DNA of 64,000 nucleotides, taken from Fidelibacterota bacterium (lineage in GTDB: Bacteria; Fidelibacterota; UBA2242). Under the pieces are notes generated by a model that worked only from the letters and a program-made list of their open reading frames with translations, had not been told where the DNA came from and searched no databases. A program made the position numbers and the translations under genes. The stretch is from positions 101,117-165,116 of the forward strand of contig JBNGDF010000004.1 of NCBI GenBank assembly GCA_049975265.1, read 5' to 3'. Shown one piece after another: positions 58,168-64,000 of this stretch (position 1 is its first letter; each line of letters begins with the position of its first letter).

Positions 58168-59426
58168 CTCGTCTTTCGCGCTATGACGCTGTTGCCTGCC
58201 AGCCAGCCGGTGGAAAATGCCGCCTGCAGATTGTAGCCGCCGGTATCGGCATCCAGATCCAGAACCTCACCGGCGAAATAGAGTCCCCTCAGAAGCCGGG
58301 ATTCCAGGGTTTTCGGATTGACCTCCCCGAGAGAGACACCGCCGGCGGTGATGATTGCCTCTTCGATTGGTCGGTGTCCGCTGACCCGAAAACGAAAATC
58401 CTTAAGCCAGTTACGGAGTCTGTTGCGCTCTTTTGCCGTGATCTCGCCAGCGTTTTTATCTGGTGGGATACCCGTCAGATCGAGACAAACCGGAATCAGG
58501 CTACTGGGTAACAGTGACTTCAGGATTTTATGAAATTGCTGTTTGGGATGGGCGTCAAACTCCCGCAGCAGACGGGCATCGAGCTGCGGATAGTCTAGTG
58601 CGGGCTTCAGGTCCAGGGCAATTTCGACGGACATCTTCCGGTTCAGCGCGTCTACAGCCTTTCCGGAGAGCGTCAGAATAATCGGTCCGGTCAGTCCGAA
58701 ATGGGCAAAGAGCATTTCGCCGAATTCGGCAGCCTGCTTTTTGCCATTAATCCAGAGTGAGGCAGAGACATTGCGCAGGCTGAGTCCCTGGAGTCGCAGG
58801 GCAATGTTTCCTTCTGTTTCCAATGGGATTAACGCCGGGCGGGGTGGTATGATTTTGTGACCCGCTTGCGCAGCGAATGAATAGCCCTCGCCGGTGGAAC
58901 CGGTCAGGGGATAGCTCATTCCCCCCGTGCAAAGAATGACATTGGCGGCGACGTAAGTTTGACCGCTGGCGGTGGTGACACCGGCAATTTGTCCGTCCCC
59001 GATGCGCAGATTCGTGACGCCGGTGCCGGTAGTGAGTGTGGCACCGGTCTGTTGCAGCCAGCGGATCAACGCCTCCGCCACGGCGGGTCCGCTTTCGCAT
59101 TCCGGGAAGACCCGATTACCGCGTTCCACGATCGTTGGAATTCCATGTGCTGCCAGAAGTTGCCGGATATTGTTCACGAAAAAGCTGTAAAACACCGGTT
59201 TCAGGAATTGACCGGCATCCCCGAAATGGCGGAGAAATTCATCAAGGGAGGTATCGTTGGTGAGATTGCAGCGCCCTTTGCCGGTGATGCGCAGTTTGAG
59301 TCCCGGGTGATCCATTTTTTCCAGAAGCAGAACCTTTTTCCCGCGCAGCGCCGCCTGACCGGCAGCCATCATTCCGGCAGGTCCGCCGCCAACCACAATT
59401 ACGTTAAAAGAGTTTGAAGTTGTCAC
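58164..59426 (-). CDS. HI0933/BaiN family flavoprotein
   Basis: GGGPAGMMAA, TGKGRCNLTN, TGSTGEG, TAGGV, TGGYNLQAAFSTG; start uncertain. Confidence 0.93.
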   Translation of the reverse strand: MTTSNSFNVIVVGGGPAGMMAAGQAALRGKKVLLLEKMDHPGLKLRITGKGRCNLTNDTSLDEFLRHFGDAGQFLKPVFYSFFVNNIRQLLAAHGIPTIVERGNRVFPECESGPAVAEALIRWLQQTGATLTTGTGVTNLRIGDGQIAGVTTASGQTYVAANVILCTGGMSYPLTGSTGEGYSFAAQAGHKIIPPRPALIPLETEGNIALRLQGLSLRNVSASLWINGKKQAAEFGEMLFAHFGLTGPIILTLSGKAVDALNRKMSVEIALDLKPALDYPQLDARLLREFDAHPKQQFHKILKSLLPSSLIPVCLDLTGIPPDKNAGEITAKERNRLRNWLKDFRFRVSGHRPIEEAIITAGGVSLGEVNPKTLESRLLRGLYFAGEVLDLDADTGGYNLQAAFSTGWLAGNSVIARKTS

Positions 59427-59464
59427 CGGGCATAGTTTGAAAGAAAAAAGCGGTGAATGCAAAT

Positions 59465-59492
59465 AAAAAAACTCCCGCAGAGCTGCGGGAGT
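59465..59492 (-). terminator. Intrinsic terminator
   Basis: ACUCCCGCA-GCUC-UGCGGGAGU followed by a U tract, downstream of the SdpI-family gene. Confidence 0.85.
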
Positions 59493-59524
59493 CGAAACGA
59501 TGTCCCGGATGTTGAAGGAGCCGT

Positions 59525-60214
59525 CTATTTCGGCAATTTGTCGGGATCCCGCTTCCAGATCAAATAGGAGTAGGTAAAAGTGCCGATGACAATACCGAAG
59601 ACGCCGGACAGCAGGATAATCATTGTGGTTTCTCCGGCCGCCAGCAGACTGGAGAGAACGATTAGAAATCCCACGATGACGAACAGCCAGCCACCCAGCC
59701 GGTGAGTCTTGTTCCAGGCACGTTCGCTGGAGAGCGTCCAGGGTGTCTTGATACCCAGCATGTAGTTGCTGCGCACTTTGCCCATGAAATTACCGATGAT
59801 GATAAAGAGGAGACCAATCAGTGCCGGTACAATTTTTTCAATGCTGAGCGGTTTTCCAAGAGCATTCATAATCACCACTACGTGAAGTGCGGCAAAGACG
59901 AGAACCAGTCCGATGATGATAATATTGTAGGCTTTCATGGACATCTTGATATGCTTCTGGCGTGGCTCGATATAGGGCGCGAAAACCAGCAGAACGGTGA
60001 TACCGAGAATAACCATGGGCATTATAAAAAGCCCCAGGAATTTACCGGCATAGCGATCCGGTTCGCTGGCGACATTCCAGTGGACGGGCAATTGAATATC
60101 CGGCGGTAACTGCCGGGCAGCCCAGACAGCTACCAGGGTGATGATGATAAAAACCACAATTGCCGTCAGCAGCGCCGGTTTGAGACTTTCGAATGGTGTT
60201 TTGGCGGATTTCAT
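59525..60214 (-). CDS. sdpI: SdpI family immunity membrane protein
   Basis: PVHWN...PDRY, NYMLGIKTPWTL...WNKTHR. Confidence 0.88.
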   Translation of the reverse strand: MKSAKTPFESLKPALLTAIVVFIIITLVAVWAARQLPPDIQLPVHWNVASEPDRYAGKFLGLFIMPMVILGITVLLVFAPYIEPRQKHIKMSMKAYNIIIIGLVLVFAALHVVVIMNALGKPLSIEKIVPALIGLLFIIIGNFMGKVRSNYMLGIKTPWTLSSERAWNKTHRLGGWLFVIVGFLIVLSSLLAAGETTMIILLSGVFGIVIGTFTYSYLIWKRDPDKLPK

Positions 60215-60483
60215 CTAATGTCCTCCTTAAGTTTGAATGTATCCATCAATGCCAGCAAAGCCTCTTCCAAGACCGAGACGTTCAGGTGATAATAAATTGT
60301 TGTTCCGTCGCGTTCCGCCTGAATAAGGTCCGCCTCCTTTAAGATATTGAAATGTTTGGATAGCGAAGGTTTGGTGATATCGAAATGGGTGGCGATTTCG
60401 CCGGCACTCAGGTCTCCGTCCCGCAGCAGCTTCAGAATTTTGCGACGGGTCGGGTCGGAGAGGGCTTTGTAAATCTGGTTCAT
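60211..60483 (-). CDS. sdpR: ArsR family autorepressor (SdpR-like)
   Basis: KALSDPTRRKIL, AGEIA, SKHFNILK; coupled to sdpI. Confidence 0.88.
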   Translation of the reverse strand: MNQIYKALSDPTRRKILKLLRDGDLSAGEIATHFDITKPSLSKHFNILKEADLIQAERDGTTIYYHLNVSVLEEALLALMDTFKLKEDIR

Positions 60484-60504
60484 TTCAACGCTCACAAAGT
60501 TATT

Positions 60505-60565
60505 TTAGCCATCTTTCTAATTAGTCAACCGGCTAAATATACAGAATATTTAGCTGTTTGGCAAA
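60505..60565. promoter_or_regulatory. Putative SdpR operator array
   Basis: TTAG-N8-CTAA at 60505 and 60521, TTAG-N8-CAAA at 60550. Confidence 0.55.
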
Positions 60566-60588
60566 TAAAAAGTGAAATTTTGCGGAAA

Positions 60589-61899
60589 TTAATTGTTTTT
60601 CGAGAGAAGAAATTCTTTGAAATCTGAGTATCGGCTGGACATTGAAATAGATCGTGCCTCGCGCTCCAGGAATGTTTGTAAGCGGCGGGGTATTTCGACC
60701 GCTTCTCCGATGACCGGTTCGACGACGGTGTTGAATTTTGCGGGATGTGCGGTTTCGAGAAAGATACCGGTGTCGATCTGAGGATTTTGAGCAAGATAGT
60801 CGGACAAGCCGAGGTAGGCGACGGCGCCGTGGGGATCGAGAACATAGCCGGTTTTACGGGCTAGCTGCGCCATTGCCCGACGGGTTTCGTCATCGGAATA
60901 GTAAGCGCCGGCAAGGTCTTTTTGAATGGCTTTCCAGGAGGAGTGGTAAAGATCAAGAATGCGGGCGAAATTGCTGGGATTGCCGACATCCATGGCATTG
61001 GAGATCGTTTGAATTGATGGGCGGGGTTCGAAGACTCCACTGGTTAAATAATCGGGTACCACGTGGTTGATATTTGTGCCGGCAATGAAGCGTTGCACCG
61101 GTAGCCCCATCTTTTTGGCGATCAAGCCGGCGGTGAGGTTGCCGAAATTCCCGCTGGGCACAGATATGACAATCTTTCTGGCTAAGTAATCGCCGATTTG
61201 GCGCAAGGCATTAAAGTAATAAAATATTTGGGGAATCAGGCGGGAGATATTGATAGAATTGGCGGATGTGAGCCGCAAGGAGCGGAGAAGGTCTGAATCA
61301 GCCAGAGCGGTTTTTACCAGGCGCTGGCAATCGTCGAAATTTCCGGCAATTTTCAGGGCGGTGATGTTTTTATCCAGCGTGGCGATCTGTTTTTCCTGGA
61401 TCAGACTGATTTTGTCCGCTGGATAGAGGACGACGACATCAATCCCCGGAATTTCAAAGAAGCCGTTGGCGACGGCGCTGCCGGTATCACCGGAAGTGGC
61501 GACCAGAATGGTCAGTTTTTGCGTGGAGTCCCTGTTCAGATACGCCATCAGGCGGGACATGAAGCGGGCTCCCACGTCTTTAAATGCCAGTGTTGGTCCG
61601 TGAAAGAGTTCCAGCGCGTTAATGCGGTCTTCTATATTTACTAGTGGTGTATCGAAGTTGATTGCCTCGTAAATAATATCCTGAAGCGCCGCTTGCGGGA
61701 TCTCGTCACCCAGCAGCGCTGTGGCGATCTCGAGGCAGATAGTCTGATAGTCGTATGAGTTGAGTGAATCGAGGAAGGACTCCGGCAGCCGGGGAATAAA
61801 TTCCGGCATATAGAGTCCTTTGTCAGCGGGCATGCCGCCCAGAACGGCTTCTCTCAAGCGGACCCGTACGGATTTATCGGCGGTGCTGTAAAACTTCAA
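60589..61899 (-). CDS. thrC: Threonine synthase
   Basis: ELFHGPTLAFKD, ATSGDTG, SANSIN, PSGNFGN, TAHPAKF; TTG start. Confidence 0.95.
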   Translation of the reverse strand: MKFYSTADKSVRVRLREAVLGGMPADKGLYMPEFIPRLPESFLDSLNSYDYQTICLEIATALLGDEIPQAALQDIIYEAINFDTPLVNIEDRINALELFHGPTLAFKDVGARFMSRLMAYLNRDSTQKLTILVATSGDTGSAVANGFFEIPGIDVVVLYPADKISLIQEKQIATLDKNITALKIAGNFDDCQRLVKTALADSDLLRSLRLTSANSINISRLIPQIFYYFNALRQIGDYLARKIVISVPSGNFGNLTAGLIAKKMGLPVQRFIAGTNINHVVPDYLTSGVFEPRPSIQTISNAMDVGNPSNFARILDLYHSSWKAIQKDLAGAYYSDDETRRAMAQLARKTGYVLDPHGAVAYLGLSDYLAQNPQIDTGIFLETAHPAKFNTVVEPVIGEAVEIPRRLQTFLEREARSISMSSRYSDFKEFLLSKNN

Positions 61900-61900
61900 T

Positions 61901-62839
61901 TTATTCCTCGTGAATGATGCGGGCGCCGGCGGAATTGATACCCGAGATGTAAACCTGTTTGGCAATGGAATGGCGGGTAAATACTTTACCCATGGCGAGA
62001 GCAACCTTCTGAGCCGTCTTGCGGGAAGCTGAAAGTGCAAACAGGGCTGGTCCCGAACCGGAAATGCTGCAGGCGATGGCGCCGTGATCCATTGCCGTCT
62101 GTTTGACTTCATTAAAACAGGGAATCAACGTCGAACGTAGGGGCTCTGCAATATAGTCGACCGATGAGCGACGGAGCAGGTCGAAATTTTTTTGGTACAG
62201 TCCGGCGACCAGACCGGCGGTGTTTGCCCACTGTTTTACGGCGGTGGTGAGCGGAATGGTGGCGGGCAGAATGTTTCGGGCGTCCCGGGTTTTTATCTCG
62301 ATATCCGGGTGAATGAGCGTACAGTGCAGCTTTTCCGGAACCGGCAGTCGGATAATGTCGGGCGGATCATTGGTGCGAATCAGAACAAAGCCGCCATAGA
62401 GTGCCGGTGCGACGTTATCGGCATGGGATGAACCGCAAGCGCTGGCTTCCGCGGCTATGGCAATTTCGAGCAGCTCCTCTTTAGACAGCGGATTATCGTA
62501 GAGACAGTTAACGGCTTTAAGCGCTGCGACGGCACTAGCGGCACTGGAGCCCATGCCGCTGCCCAACGGCAATTGCTTGGTCAGCTCAATATCGATTCCC
62601 TCACGGGATTTAATTTTTTCCAGATAACGCAAAACGGCAAAACCGGCGGTATTCTCGTCGGCGTTTTTGGGGAGACGCCCGTCATCGCCGCTGATAGTGG
62701 TAATCACGACACCGGGACCGGCGCGTCGTGAAACCCGCACTGTATCGCCGGGTTCTGCGATGGCAAAACCGAAAACATCAAAGCCGCAGCCGACATTGGC
62801 AACGGTTGCCGGGGCAAATGCCGAGACTGTCTGTTTCAT
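61901..62839 (-). CDS. thrB: Homoserine kinase
   Basis: PATVANVGCGFD, PLGSGMGSSAAS, HADNVAP, SGSGP. Confidence 0.95.
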   Translation of the reverse strand: MKQTVSAFAPATVANVGCGFDVFGFAIAEPGDTVRVSRRAGPGVVITTISGDDGRLPKNADENTAGFAVLRYLEKIKSREGIDIELTKQLPLGSGMGSSAASAVAALKAVNCLYDNPLSKEELLEIAIAAEASACGSSHADNVAPALYGGFVLIRTNDPPDIIRLPVPEKLHCTLIHPDIEIKTRDARNILPATIPLTTAVKQWANTAGLVAGLYQKNFDLLRRSSVDYIAEPLRSTLIPCFNEVKQTAMDHGAIACSISGSGPALFALSASRKTAQKVALAMGKVFTRHSIAKQVYISGINSAGARIIHEE

Positions 62840-63921
62840 GCTTCGATATAGCCCTTTTTAACCAGTAATTCGGCGTTCAGGATACCGCCGCCGGCAGCGC
62901 CGCGGATGGTGTTATGACTCAAACCTACAAAGCGGATGTCAAAAACATTGCAGGAGCGCAGCCGCCCCACGGTTACTGCCATGGCTTTTTCATTATCCCG
63001 GTCTTTGCGGGGCTGCGGGCGGTCGTTTTCACTGAGATAAATAATCGGTTGTTTCGGGGCAAAGGGCAGGTTAAGTTCCTGGGGCAATGCCTTAAATCGG
63101 TTCCAGATTTGGATTATTTCCGCGATAGCCGGTTTCTTTTGGTCGAATTCCAGTGAAATGCACGCGGTGTGACCGTCGATAACAGGGATGCGGTTGCAGT
63201 GGGCGGAGATTTTCAGGGAGTCCGTGGGTACGATCTTACCGTTTTGAACCGAGCCGAGAATTTTCAGCGGTTCGATTTCCGATTTTTCTTCTTCACCGGG
63301 AATATAGGGGACGATGTTGTCCACCATATCCAGCGACGCAACGCCGGGATATCCACCGCCACTGACCGCCTGCAGCGTCGTGACGATAAGGCGCCGGACC
63401 GAAAATCCGGCTTGCACTAAAGCATAAACGGGTGTCAGGTAACTCTGTACCGAGCAGTTGGGCTTCACCGCTACGAACCCTTTTTTCCAGCCGTGATGTT
63501 CACGCTGGGCGGCGATGACCTGAACATGATCGGGATTGACTTCTGGAATCAGCATGGGAACATCTTCCGTGTGACGGTGAGCGGAGCAGTTACTGACCAC
63601 GGCAATGTCGTGCCTGGCGTATTCGTTTTCCAGCTCCCGGATTGCCGCTTTATCCATTTCCAGTGCTGAAAATACAAACCGGCATTTCCCAATGGCATCA
63701 GACACGACATTAGCGTCATGCACTGTTAAATCTTTCACCGATTCGGGAATAATGCCGGGCATCTGCCAGCGACCCGTTACCGCATTGCTGTAGCGTTTTC
63801 CGGCGCTTCTCGGCGAAGCCGCCACATAGCTGACTTCGAACCAGGGATGATTTTCCAGCAGGCGGATGTAATTCTGTCCGACCATGCCGGTGGCGCCCAG
63901 GACGCCGACAGGAATTTTCAT
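62836..63921 (-). CDS. asd: Aspartate-semialdehyde dehydrogenase (archaeal-type)
   Basis: GATGMVGQ, PNCS, QAVSGGG, EEEK, GHT, HNTIRGAAGG. Confidence 0.95.
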   Translation of the reverse strand: MKIPVGVLGATGMVGQNYIRLLENHPWFEVSYVAASPRSAGKRYSNAVTGRWQMPGIIPESVKDLTVHDANVVSDAIGKCRFVFSALEMDKAAIRELENEYARHDIAVVSNCSAHRHTEDVPMLIPEVNPDHVQVIAAQREHHGWKKGFVAVKPNCSVQSYLTPVYALVQAGFSVRRLIVTTLQAVSGGGYPGVASLDMVDNIVPYIPGEEEKSEIEPLKILGSVQNGKIVPTDSLKISAHCNRIPVIDGHTACISLEFDQKKPAIAEIIQIWNRFKALPQELNLPFAPKQPIIYLSENDRPQPRKDRDNEKAMAVTVGRLRSCNVFDIRFVGLSHNTIRGAAGGGILNAELLVKKGYIEA

Positions 63922-64000
63922 TAAAAGCTCCGTTTTTTAATAACTGAATTTGCAATTTTAAAAATATCGGCGAGAACACCGGCGGCGGTCACATCGGCGC
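63921..64000 (-). CDS. thrA: 3' end of aspartokinase/homoserine dehydrogenase (partial)
   Basis: ADVTAAGVLADIFKIANSVIKKRSF*; the stop overlaps the asd ATG (TAATG). Confidence 0.8.
   Translation of the reverse strand, partial: ADVTAAGVLADIFKIANSVIKKRSF

Noticed and set aside
61900..62112. N-terminal extension of thrC in the ORF track
   Set aside because: Overlaps thrB; similarity to threonine synthase starts at TTG 61899 (KFYST)
1..64000. CRISPR array, tRNA or rRNA genes
   Set aside because: No regularly spaced direct repeats or canonical tRNA/rRNA signatures seen by eye

Overview
Bacterial chromosomal window from a diderm, probably anaerobic FCB-group organism (Marinimicrobia/KSB1/Calditrichota-like; inferred from the LpxC-FabZ fusion, a FlgD/T9SS-like C-terminal domain and an archaeal-type asd). 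Most of it is housekeeping: a TetR-regulated flavodiiron/ferredoxin operon, asnB, rsgA, a lipid cluster (patatin-Omp85, DAK2-DegV fusion, plsY, PLD), rubredoxin/NifU, the uppS-bamA-skp-lpxD-lpxC/fabZ-lpxA-dxr-rseP operon, a methylmalonyl-CoA mutase/Na+-pumping decarboxylase operon, ClC, an MsbA-like exporter, sdpRI and thrA-asd-thrB-thrC. The most notable feature is a 1.7-kb IS-like element (12523-14236). It encodes only two paralogous DUF1670-type proteins, has no recognisable transposase, is bounded by terminal inverted repeats ending in the palindrome TCATATGA, and sits between tandem secreted-protein paralogs. Other observations: a 120-nt structured RNA candidate (4110-4229), two REPIN-like doublets with the same 37-bp spacing, a structured asnB leader, and several disrupted genes or genes with unusual starts. 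All family assignments come from reading motifs by eye; no database searches were run.
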